In this document: positions 35,283 to 43,414 of the stretch, one piece after another
Layout: each line of letters opens with the position of its first letter
Numbering within the stretch: the first letter of the stretch is position 1
DNA from: an uncultured Candidatus Saccharibacteria bacterium
GTDB lineage: Bacteria > Patescibacteriota > Saccharimonadia > Saccharimonadales > JAUPVS01
Assembly (NCBI GenBank): GCA_964410185.1
Contig: CAYPFM010000002.1
Span: 70,047 to 134,046 of the forward strand
DNA: 64,000 bases
Direction of reading: 5' to 3'
Notes under the pieces: model-generated
What the model was told of the DNA's origin: nothing
Seen by the model: only the letters and a program-made list of their open reading frames with translations
Database searches by the model: none
Translations under genes and position numbers: made by a program

Positions 35283-36170
35283 ATGCAGACCGATCAACCA
35301 ACTCAAGACAATCACCATGTTCCGGTGTTGCTCGAAACCGTTCTCCAGTACCTGGCACCACAGTCAGGGGAGACCTACCTGGACCTGACCGCCGGTTACG
35401 GTGGCCACGCCAAAGCGGTCTTGGAGCGGACGGACAACCCACAGGGTGTAACGTTGGTCGATCGTGACCGCCAAGCTGTCGCCGCATTACAGCCCCTCGT
35501 CAAACAGGGTGCTCATATGATTCACAGCGACTTCTTGCACGCTAGCCAACAGCTAGCCGATAGCGGGCACGAGTACGACATGATCTTGGCTGATTTAGGA
35601 GTCTCATCGCCGCACCTTAATAATGGTAGTCGTGGGTTTAGCTTCGTCACCGAAGCTGAATTGGATATGCGGATGGATCAACGCCAAACGCTATCGGCCC
35701 ATAATGTGGTCAACGACTACAGCGAAGCAGAGCTGACCGACATCTTGTGGCGATACGGGGAAGAACCCAAATCGCGGCAAATAGCCCGGTTGATTGTGCG
35801 GAACCGACCGTTCCATACAACCACAGAGCTAGCCAATGTCGTCAAAAAGGCCTGGCCTGGCCATAGTAAAGTGCACCCAGCTACAAGGACCTTTCAAGCA
35901 GTCCGAATCGCCGTTAACGACGAGATCGCGCTACTGGAGAAAGCCTTACCACTGTGGATTAGCTTACTTAAACCAGGTGGTAGACTAGCCGTTATCAGCT
36001 TTCATAGCCTCGAGGATCGGGTCGTCAAACAAATGTTTGCCGAGTACGCCGAAGGGTACGAAGCCAAAATTGAGCTACTTACCAAAAAGCCCGCTACTGC
36101 CAGCGAGCATGAATTAGTTTTTAATCCGCGTGCCAGGAGTGCAAAACTCCGAGCCGCCGCAAAAAAATAA
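35283..36170 (+). CDS. rsmH: 16S rRNA (cytosine1402-N4)-methyltransferase
   Basis: 295 aa. HVPVLL, YLDLTAGYGGH, LADLGVSSPHL, ISFHSLEDR. Confidence 0.93.
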   Translation: MQTDQPTQDNHHVPVLLETVLQYLAPQSGETYLDLTAGYGGHAKAVLERTDNPQGVTLVDRDRQAVAALQPLVKQGAHMIHSDFLHASQQLADSGHEYDMILADLGVSSPHLNNGSRGFSFVTEAELDMRMDQRQTLSAHNVVNDYSEAELTDILWRYGEEPKSRQIARLIVRNRPFHTTTELANVVKKAWPGHSKVHPATRTFQAVRIAVNDEIALLEKALPLWISLLKPGGRLAVISFHSLEDRVVKQMFAEYAEGYEAKIELLTKKPATASEHELVFNPRARSAKLRAAAKK

Positions 36171-36284
36171 ACAGAAAGGGATGCACATGCCTATCCAGGT
36201 CAAAAGCAGCTCCCGAGCGTACAAGGTTAGAGTTAAAGTAATTTAACCACCTTGTAGTGGGGGTCTTGGGCAACCGAGGCTCCC

Positions 36285-36303
36285 ACACCAAAACAAAAAC
36301 AAA
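36285..36303 (+). repeat. second copy of the A/C-rich 19-mer ACACCAAAACAAAAACAAA, 23 nt before the ftsL-like ATG
   Basis: Exact match to 35261-35279. Confidence 0.85.
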
Positions 36304-36326
36304 CATAAAAAGAGAATTAACAATAC

Positions 36327-36674
36327 ATGACATATTCCAGTACTTTGGCAATGAATCGACAGCGATTTGGCCAGCGGAACCAGAATAGTACGAGCTTTCA
36401 GAAGAAGAGCCGTACCATCGGTCCTGTCAGCAACACGATTATTCTGATCGTTCTGGCATGTGTGCTCGGACTGTTGTATCTTACCCAGGTGACCAAGACA
36501 AATGCTTACGGTTACAAGATTAACAACCTACAAGACCAACAGACGCAGCTGAAAGAGCAGCACGACGACCTCGAAGTAGCAGCTGCTCGTTTGAAGGCGC
36601 TTGATCGAGTCCAGGCGAGCGAAGCGGCCAAGAACCTCGTGTCCGTTGCCCCAACCGCCACCGTTCAAAACTAA
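36327..36674 (+). CDS. ftsL: FtsL-like cell-division protein (bitopic, coiled coil)
   Basis: 115 aa. Single TM (IILIVLACVLGLLYL) followed by a coiled coil. Sits in the position between rsmH and ftsI. Confidence 0.6.
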   Translation: MTYSSTLAMNRQRFGQRNQNSTSFQKKSRTIGPVSNTIILIVLACVLGLLYLTQVTKTNAYGYKINNLQDQQTQLKEQHDDLEVAAARLKALDRVQASEAAKNLVSVAPTATVQN

Positions 36675-36683
36675 TTCTTAGCA

Positions 36684-38459
36684 ATGCCCCCACGCACCAA
36701 CTCTATCCCCGGCGGTAATACCGCCGTGCAACGCTTACGTATATGGTATGGCGTTTTTTTGGCTGTGGCGGCTATTTTTGTGTTTCGGGCCTTCTACTTA
36801 CAGGTGATTCGTCAGGACTACTACCATAAATTAGCTTTGGCGAGCCAGCTGAAACAGTACGAAATTCCAGCCGAACGGGGTGTTATTGAGGCCCACGACG
36901 GCGACCAAATCGTGCCCCTGGTACTAAACCAGAAGCAATATACCTTGTTTGCTGACCCCAAGTTCATTAAAGATCCGTCTAAGACAGCCGATCAAGTGGC
37001 TCGCGTCATCGGTGGTAATGCTGCCGACTACGAAAAGCTCATGAAGGCGAACAGCCGCTACTCGGTTTTGGCCAAAAAACTTACCAAAGAGCAGAAAGAG
37101 GCCATTACCAAGCTGGAGATCAAGGGTATCGGCACGCGCGATGTTACGTCGCGCACCTATCCCGAGAGTTCACTGGCGGCGCAGCTCCTGGGCTTTGTGA
37201 ACGATGAAGGGGATGGGAAGTATGGCTTGGAACAAGCCTTGAACCCGCAACTAAAAGGACAACCAGGCGAGCTGAAGGCCATTACTGATGCTCGCGGTAT
37301 CCCGTTAGCCGCCAACAAGGACAATATTGTGAAGGCGCCGGTGGCCGGCAAACGGGTTGTTTTGACGGTTGATATTGCTATGCAAAAACAGCTTGAGGAT
37401 ACGCTGAAGAAGGGGCTGGAACGCGCCAAATCAACCTCTGGTGACGCTGTTATTATCGATCCCAATACGGGCGCGATCTTGGCCATGGCCAGCTACCCAA
37501 CCTACAATCCGGCCGAGTTCTATAAAGTCACGGACGGTAACGTCTTTACGAGTGGTGCCGTGAGCAATCCGCTGGAAATTGGCTCCACCATGAAGCCGTT
37601 AACAGCTGCCGCGGCGCTCGATCAAGGTGTTGTTAAGCGGGACACGACCTATTATGACCCCAGTCACTATTCGGTGGATGGCTATAACATTACTAATATT
37701 GAAGAAGATGGTGGGGCTGGGACACGCTCGGTGGCCGACATTTTGCAGTTGTCACTGAACACCGGTGCGACCTGGCTCCTGATGCAAATGGGTGGCGGAC
37801 AGATTAACCAGAAAGCCCGAATGGCTTGGCACAACTACATGGTTGATCATTATCAGTTTGGCAAGGATACTGGCGTCGAGCAGGGGTATGAATCCCATGG
37901 CACCATTCCTGATCCGAACGACGGATACGGACTCAATTTGCAATACGCCAACACCGCGTTTGGGCAAGGTATGACGGCGACGCCACTACAGCTAGCAGCC
38001 GCCTTGGCTAGTGTGGTAAATGGCGGCACGTACTACAAACCCCACCTGGTGGATGGCTACATGACCGACCACGACGAGTTTAATCAGCAGAAGCCGACGG
38101 TCGTTAAAGCCAATGTCGTCAAGCCGGATGTCGGGCAGACACTCAAAGAGCTGATGCAGTACACCTTCGATAAAAACCATGTCACGTATGGTATGCCGAA
38201 CGTGCCAGCGGGCTATAATCTTGGCGGTAAGACGGGTACGGCTCAAATCGCCAAGCCGGGCGGTGGCTACTATGATGATCGATTTAACGGTACGTTCATG
38301 GGCTTTGTAGGTGGCGATAAGCCACAATACGTGGTGGTCGTACGGGTGAATGAACCAAAGATTGGCGGCTATGCTGGTTCTAAGGCCGCCGCGCCGCTCT
38401 TTTCGGATATTGCTACCTTCTTAATTGGTAATTTTAATGTCACGCCAAAAAGTTCGTAA
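36684..38459 (+). CDS. ftsI: class B penicillin-binding protein (FtsI/PBP2-type transpeptidase)
   Basis: 591 aa. N-terminal TM, STMKP (SxxK), SLN (SxN), KTGTA (KTG). Confidence 0.9.
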   Translation: MPPRTNSIPGGNTAVQRLRIWYGVFLAVAAIFVFRAFYLQVIRQDYYHKLALASQLKQYEIPAERGVIEAHDGDQIVPLVLNQKQYTLFADPKFIKDPSKTADQVARVIGGNAADYEKLMKANSRYSVLAKKLTKEQKEAITKLEIKGIGTRDVTSRTYPESSLAAQLLGFVNDEGDGKYGLEQALNPQLKGQPGELKAITDARGIPLAANKDNIVKAPVAGKRVVLTVDIAMQKQLEDTLKKGLERAKSTSGDAVIIDPNTGAILAMASYPTYNPAEFYKVTDGNVFTSGAVSNPLEIGSTMKPLTAAAALDQGVVKRDTTYYDPSHYSVDGYNITNIEEDGGAGTRSVADILQLSLNTGATWLLMQMGGGQINQKARMAWHNYMVDHYQFGKDTGVEQGYESHGTIPDPNDGYGLNLQYANTAFGQGMTATPLQLAAALASVVNGGTYYKPHLVDGYMTDHDEFNQQKPTVVKANVVKPDVGQTLKELMQYTFDKNHVTYGMPNVPAGYNLGGKTGTAQIAKPGGGYYDDRFNGTFMGFVGGDKPQYVVVVRVNEPKIGGYAGSKAAAPLFSDIATFLIGNFNVTPKSS

Positions 38460-38495
38460 CAGCGGAGGAATAACGTATAATATGAGGAAGAAATC

Positions 38496-39539
38496 ATGTC
38501 GACAATAAACATCACCGTTAACACCGCTACGCTTGTGCGAATCCTCTCGCTCGGCTTTTTGACCTTCTTGATTAGCATGGTGATTACACCGCTGTATACC
38601 AACCTGGCCTTTAAGTGGAAGCTCTGGAAGAAGCCGCGCGAAAAAACCGTCACTGGCGCGCCGACGACGATTATTAGTCAGCTCCACGCCGGCAAGCATA
38701 AACGACTAATTCCAACCATGGCTGGTATTGTCTTTGTGGTTTCGGTCGGGCTAGTGACGATGGCCTTAAACTTGAACCGAAGTGAAACCTGGCTGCCGTT
38801 GGCCGCGTTTGTCGGCGCCGGTTTTGTTGGTCTGATTGATGACATTATTAACGTCCGCGGAACAGGGGCGGGGGTGGCTGGTTTACCGTCTAAGTTGAAG
38901 CTGTTGCTAATTACGGGCATCGCCCTGGTTGGTGGCCTCTTCTTTTATTACAAGCTCGACTTCTCGAGCTTGCACATACCACTGGTGGCCAGTAGTTTCC
39001 ACCTAGGCTGGTTGATTATTCCACTGTTTGTTTTGGTAGTAGTGGCAACCGCCAACGCAGTTAATATTACTGATGGGATGGACGGTTTGGCTGGTGGCCT
39101 GTGTGCGATCGCTTTCTTGATTTACACGATTATTGCCTTCTTAGAAGGTCGCTATGGCGTGGCCGGCTTCTGCATGGCCATGGTCGGTGGTTTGATGAGC
39201 TACACCTGGTTCAACCTGTTTCCGGCACGCTTCTTTATGGGTGATGTTGGTTCGTTCGCACTGGGGACGGCTCTCGGTGTGGTGGCTATGTTAACAAACA
39301 CCGTCTTCTTGCTGCCAATCATTGGCCTGGTCTTTGTGGCCGAAACTGGCTCGGTAATGCTACAGGTTACTTCTAAGAAGTTACGCCACGGCAAGAAGCT
39401 TTTCAAAGTTTCACCGGTGCACTATTTATTCCTAGCTAATGGGTGGCCCGAAACTAAGGTGACAGAGCGCTTTTGGATCATTGGTCAGGTGGCTGGCGTG
39501 ATGGGTCTGATTCTGTTTGTGCTCGGTCGGTGGATTTAA
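38496..39539 (+). CDS. mraY: phospho-N-acetylmuramoyl-pentapeptide transferase
   Basis: 347 aa. NAVNITDGMDGLAGG, FMGDVGS, 10 TM pattern. Confidence 0.93.
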   Translation: MSTINITVNTATLVRILSLGFLTFLISMVITPLYTNLAFKWKLWKKPREKTVTGAPTTIISQLHAGKHKRLIPTMAGIVFVVSVGLVTMALNLNRSETWLPLAAFVGAGFVGLIDDIINVRGTGAGVAGLPSKLKLLLITGIALVGGLFFYYKLDFSSLHIPLVASSFHLGWLIIPLFVLVVVATANAVNITDGMDGLAGGLCAIAFLIYTIIAFLEGRYGVAGFCMAMVGGLMSYTWFNLFPARFFMGDVGSFALGTALGVVAMLTNTVFLLPIIGLVFVAETGSVMLQVTSKKLRHGKKLFKVSPVHYLFLANGWPETKVTERFWIIGQVAGVMGLILFVLGRWI

Positions 39540-39543
39540 ACTT

Positions 39544-40809
39544 ATGAAATTCGCCAGTCCCGTCAGACGGCCGGCAGATCAAGAGGCTTCTCGTCAACGT
39601 CGGCATCGTCCGGACTACTGGCTGCTGCTCATTGCCACGGCGCTTATGGTCATCGGCTTGATTGTGCTGTACGCCATTAGCCCCGGTCTAGCGATTCAAA
39701 AACATGTTGGCGAGAACTACTTCGTGAACAAGCAGCTACTGGCCATTATTCTTGGTATTGCCGCGTTCGTGGCCTTGTCGAACATTCCCGTCGCTTTCTG
39801 GCGAACCATGCAGCGACCGCTGTTAATCGCGGCTGGTGTGGCTGCCGTTGCGGTACGAATCTTTGGTGAGCGCGTCAATGGTGCCTATCGTTGGATCCAG
39901 GTTGGCGGTATGTCTTTTCAGGCCGCCGAGCTAATTAAGTTCGCCTTACTGATTTGGTTAGCTAGTTTTTTGGTTGATCGCATCCGTGAAGGGAACCTTG
40001 GTGACCTCAGAAAAACCCTCCAGCCACTGGTAATCGCGCTGCTATTAATTGGTCTGGTCGTCGGTAAAGTGCAGAGTGACTTTGGTTCGACCGCGGTTAT
40101 GATTGCCATGATGGCTTCGATGGCTTTTGTGGCCGGCATGCCGATGAAGCGGGTCATGATGGCCGGTGGAGTGGTGGCGATCGGCATCATCCTACTGATT
40201 AGCGGCAGCGCCTACCGACGTGACCGGGTGCTGACCTTTATGCACCCGGAACGTGACTGTCAAAACACCGGCTACCAAGTCTGCCAGGCCTTGATAACGG
40301 TTGGTTCGGGCGGCGTCTTTGGTTTGGGCGTGGCTAACAGCGTGCAAGCCTACGGCTACCTACCAGAGGCGGCCAACGACTCCATCTTTGCTATCTTGGC
40401 CGAAAAGTTTGGCTTCCTTGGTGTAACGGCTTTGATCGGCTTGTTCGTGGCATTCTTCCGGCGGCTTTTCAAAATTGCCGAACGCGCACCCGATGACTAC
40501 AGTCGATTACTGGTGGTTGGCATCTTGGCCTGGTTAAGTACCCAAGTACTGATTAACGTTGGCGCCATGATGGGCCTGCTACCTCTTAAGGGGATTACCT
40601 TACCGTTCATCAGTTACGGTGGCACCAGCCTGGTCTTTGTACTGGGCGCCTTGGGCATTGTTTTTCAGATTTCTCGCTACACCGTCTACCGGACGGCGGC
40701 GGTGAGTTCGCAATCAACTAGAGAAGGGAAGGCGTATGAAAGTACTCCTAACCGGCGGCGGAACGGGCGGTCACATAACCCCGTTGTTAGCCGTCGCCCA
40801 GAAGCTTAA
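39544..40809 (+). CDS. ftsW: SEDS family peptidoglycan polymerase FtsW
   Basis: Start at ATG 39544, 5 nt after the mraY stop. 9-10 TM helices, QPAE-like SFQAAELIKF, PLKGITLPFISYGGTS. Confidence 0.88.
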   Translation: MKFASPVRRPADQEASRQRRHRPDYWLLLIATALMVIGLIVLYAISPGLAIQKHVGENYFVNKQLLAIILGIAAFVALSNIPVAFWRTMQRPLLIAAGVAAVAVRIFGERVNGAYRWIQVGGMSFQAAELIKFALLIWLASFLVDRIREGNLGDLRKTLQPLVIALLLIGLVVGKVQSDFGSTAVMIAMMASMAFVAGMPMKRVMMAGGVVAIGIILLISGSAYRRDRVLTFMHPERDCQNTGYQVCQALITVGSGGVFGLGVANSVQAYGYLPEAANDSIFAILAEKFGFLGVTALIGLFVAFFRRLFKIAERAPDDYSRLLVVGILAWLSTQVLINVGAMMGLLPLKGITLPFISYGGTSLVFVLGALGIVFQISRYTVYRTAAVSSQSTREGKAYESTPNRRRNGRSHNPVVSRRPEA

Positions 40810-41887
40810 AGACCTCGATCCCGCGACCGAGATTGTCTACGTTGGCGAACGTGGCACTAAGTTTGCTAGCATGACAGCCGGCGAAAACGCCTTTGATAGC
40901 CAGCACAAGGTCTTTGCCGGTAAGTTTCGGCGTTATAACGGGGAATCGTGGCTCAAGCGATTGCTGGACGTTAAAACCAATCTCCTGAACATTCGCGACT
41001 TCTTCTATCTCTTTATGGGCTTGATTGAAAGCTGGTTCTTGTTACGTCGCGTCAAACCAGATGTCATTTTGCTCAAAGGAGGCTTTGTCGGCGTGCCTAT
41101 TGGCTTAGCCGCCCGCAAACGCATTCCGTTAGTAACACACGACTCCGACGCCTTACCGGGCCTCGCAAACCGTCTGGTGAGCCGCTGGGTGGTCTACCAC
41201 GCCACCGGCATGCCTCCAGAGTACTATCAGTACCCCAAAGACAAGGTGAAGTACGTCGGCGTGATAGTTGGTGATGCCTACCAAAAAGTTACCGCCGAGC
41301 TCCTAAAGCAGTATCGGGATGCCCTTAAGTTACCCGAAGACGCGCAGGTTCTGTTAGTGACTGGTGGCAGCGGTGGCGCAGGTAGCATTAACAGTGCCAT
41401 GGTCCAGCTCGCGCCACAGTTACTCGACAGCTTACCCCAGCTGCACATCATTCATGTGACTGGTAATGGCAAAGAAGGCGTTTATGGTGACTATCAGCAT
41501 CAACGACTCTTGGTAGCCGGTTTATTGAGCGAATTTTATCGCTACACTGGTGCGGCTGATGTGATTGTCACCCGCGCCGGCGCCAATACGATTGCCGAAT
41601 TTGGCGTCCAAGCCAAGGCCTGTGTGGTGGTGCCTAACCCGATGCTGACCGGTGGGCATCAGCTCAAAAATGCCGAATTCTTAGCCGCTCACCAAGCAGC
41701 CGTAATTGTAGACGACGCCACCCTCGGTACCCACCCAGAAGCGCTCAAAGAAGCAGTCAATGATCTGTTAACGGACGCCCAAAAGCGCACGGAGCTTGGC
41801 CAGCGACTCAACGACCTAACCGTCAAGGATGCGGCCAATAGTTTGGCGCAGCTGCTGCTCTCGGTTGGCAAACGGGCAGGGGAGTAG
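40736..41887 (+). CDS. murG: UDP-N-acetylglucosamine--lipid I GlcNAc transferase MurG
   Basis: 383 aa. LLTGGGTGGHITP, GGSGGA, TRAGANTIAE. Overlaps the ftsW 3' end by 74 nt. Confidence 0.92.
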   Translation: MKVLLTGGGTGGHITPLLAVAQKLKDLDPATEIVYVGERGTKFASMTAGENAFDSQHKVFAGKFRRYNGESWLKRLLDVKTNLLNIRDFFYLFMGLIESWFLLRRVKPDVILLKGGFVGVPIGLAARKRIPLVTHDSDALPGLANRLVSRWVVYHATGMPPEYYQYPKDKVKYVGVIVGDAYQKVTAELLKQYRDALKLPEDAQVLLVTGGSGGAGSINSAMVQLAPQLLDSLPQLHIIHVTGNGKEGVYGDYQHQRLLVAGLLSEFYRYTGAADVIVTRAGANTIAEFGVQAKACVVVPNPMLTGGHQLKNAEFLAAHQAAVIVDDATLGTHPEALKEAVNDLLTDAQKRTELGQRLNDLTVKDAANSLAQLLLSVGKRAGE

Positions 41888-41889
41888 AC

Positions 41890-42777
41890 GTGCGAATACG
41901 GCCCACCAAAACCACTCGTCAACCACAACCGACCGCCGCGCCGCGCGGTGTGATTTCGTATAACACCAATCGTGTGGCTGGGGCCGGGAAGGTTGTAAGT
42001 CCCAAGGCCGAACATTGGTGGCAACAGGGGTGGGTAAGAAACCTACCGACGTTTCTGGCACTGGCCGTAATTACCATCAGTGTCTTGTACTGCCTCGGCC
42101 TCTCCACCAATCCAAAAGTTGTCGTATCTACAACAAGTCCACAGGCAGTCGTTTTGCGTGACAAGGCCGAATATCAGCGTGGCGCTCAGCGTATCCTGGA
42201 AGACTCAGCCCTAAGCCGGACCAAGTTCACCGTTAATACCGGTGGTTTTGAACGGGCCTTCCGCGCCGCCTTCCCGGAAGTCGATGATGTTTCCTTGGCG
42301 CTACCGCTGGTGAGTCGGACGCCCATCGTTACGATTAGCACGGCCCAGCCGCAACTACTCCTGACCGCTCAAGGCAAAGTCTATGTGCTCGACAAACGTG
42401 GAACAGCCATCATGATGGCCAATGACCTCAGCTCTTCTATCCGTCAAACCCTCCCCGTGGTTGATGACCAAAGTGGCTTGTCAGTTTCGGTTGGTAAAAC
42501 CGTCCTGCCGGCCGAGCAGATCCAATATATCACCTCTGTTCTGGCCCAGTTTAAGGCCAAGCAAGTGGCTGTCGAAACTATCACGCTCCCGGCCACTGCC
42601 CAAGAGGTAGACATTAAGCCAGCCGGTAAGCCCTACTATGTAAAATTCAGTACCAGCACCGAGGCGAGGGAAGCGGCTGGCGACTACCTGGCTACCAAGC
42701 AGCGCCTTGAACAGACCAACACGACACCAACACAGTATGTCGATGTGCGGGTGCCAGGCCGCGCATACTACCAGTAG
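41890..42777 (+). CDS. ftsQ: cell-division protein FtsQ/DivIB-like
   Basis: 295 aa, GTG start after GGGGAG. N-terminal TM, then POTRA-like and FtsQ-type beta domains. Last gene of the dcw cluster. Confidence 0.65.
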   Translation: MRIRPTKTTRQPQPTAAPRGVISYNTNRVAGAGKVVSPKAEHWWQQGWVRNLPTFLALAVITISVLYCLGLSTNPKVVVSTTSPQAVVLRDKAEYQRGAQRILEDSALSRTKFTVNTGGFERAFRAAFPEVDDVSLALPLVSRTPIVTISTAQPQLLLTAQGKVYVLDKRGTAIMMANDLSSSIRQTLPVVDDQSGLSVSVGKTVLPAEQIQYITSVLAQFKAKQVAVETITLPATAQEVDIKPAGKPYYVKFSTSTEAREAAGDYLATKQRLEQTNTTPTQYVDVRVPGRAYYQ

Positions 42778-42961
42778 TCGCCCCACCACTACTCTCCTAT
42801 GTTCGCAAAGTGTTCACATGTTTGTTTATGTATGATCCAGCAAAAAAACTATACTATGATGGGGAAACGGGCAAATGTCAAAAAAGGCAGGAAAGCGCCC
42901 AAAGCGGGGAAATACATATAAAAGTATAGAAAGGCACGAAAAGCAAATATTGCAAACCGAC

Positions 42962-42970
42962 TGTGGATAA
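42962..42970 (-). promoter_or_regulatory. perfect DnaA box (TTATCCACA on the minus strand)
   Basis: The + strand reads cTGTGGATAAg. Confidence 0.55.
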
Positions 42971-42993
42971 GTCGGGCCGTTGTACAAAATATC

Positions 42994-43002
42994 TGTGGAT
43001 AA
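42994..43002 (-). promoter_or_regulatory. perfect DnaA box (TTATCCACA on the minus strand)
   Basis: The + strand reads cTGTGGATAAa. 32 bp from the previous box, same orientation. Confidence 0.55.
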
Positions 43003-43184
43003 AGCGACGTAGTGGCAAGCCATTCTAAGGGCTTCTGAGAGTGTGTTTGGAGAGGGTTTGAATAGGAACACCAGTTACAATAGAAAGTAGCGCGCAGAAC
43101 GAAGCGAATAGACAAAAACCTTGGTGACTCGAAAATACTTCCCTTTAGCAGGGGTATCACTAATCCTCTTATGTATATAAATAT

Positions 43185-43212
43185 AAGTCGCAAAATATAC
43201 ATTGTGCGACAT
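43185..43212. other. dif-like Xer recombination site candidate (palindromic arms around a 6-bp TGTATA/TATACA core)
   Basis: The minus strand reads ATGTCGCACAA-TGTATA-TTTTGCGACTT. The inner 16 bp CACAATGTATATTTTG match 14/16 to E. coli dif CATAATGTATATTATG. Confidence 0.4.
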
Positions 43213-43414
43213 GATTGCTATGACTGGTTGTGTGTTCTGCTCCGGCTTCTGCCGGCTGGAATTTCTGCCGCTGCTGTTTTTTATTTTGTGTTATTGCGTT
43301 AATTCTCTACTGCTACTGCCCGGGAGCTTTTTTTGGCACTATGTGAGATTGCCTGTTTCCTATTGGCTGTCACTATCGTGTTCGTAATTTGTACAAAGTT
43401 TTTGTGAACAGACT

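Noticed and set aside
43202-43387. 61-aa Cys/Phe/Leu-rich ORF (TTG start) and the 117-aa and 81-aa minus-strand ORFs inside the non-coding island.
   Set aside because: They have no RBS or leaderless promoter, and their composition is typical of translated AT-rich or low-complexity DNA. One begins inside the dif-like palindrome. They are not called as genes.
42811-43410. 8-bp inverted repeat TGTTCACA (42811-42818) / TGTGAACA (43403-43410) bracketing the non-coding island, possibly the ends of a mobile element.
   Set aside because: An 8-bp inverted match within about 600 bp is expected by chance (a few such pairs). No target-site duplication and no transposase are present.
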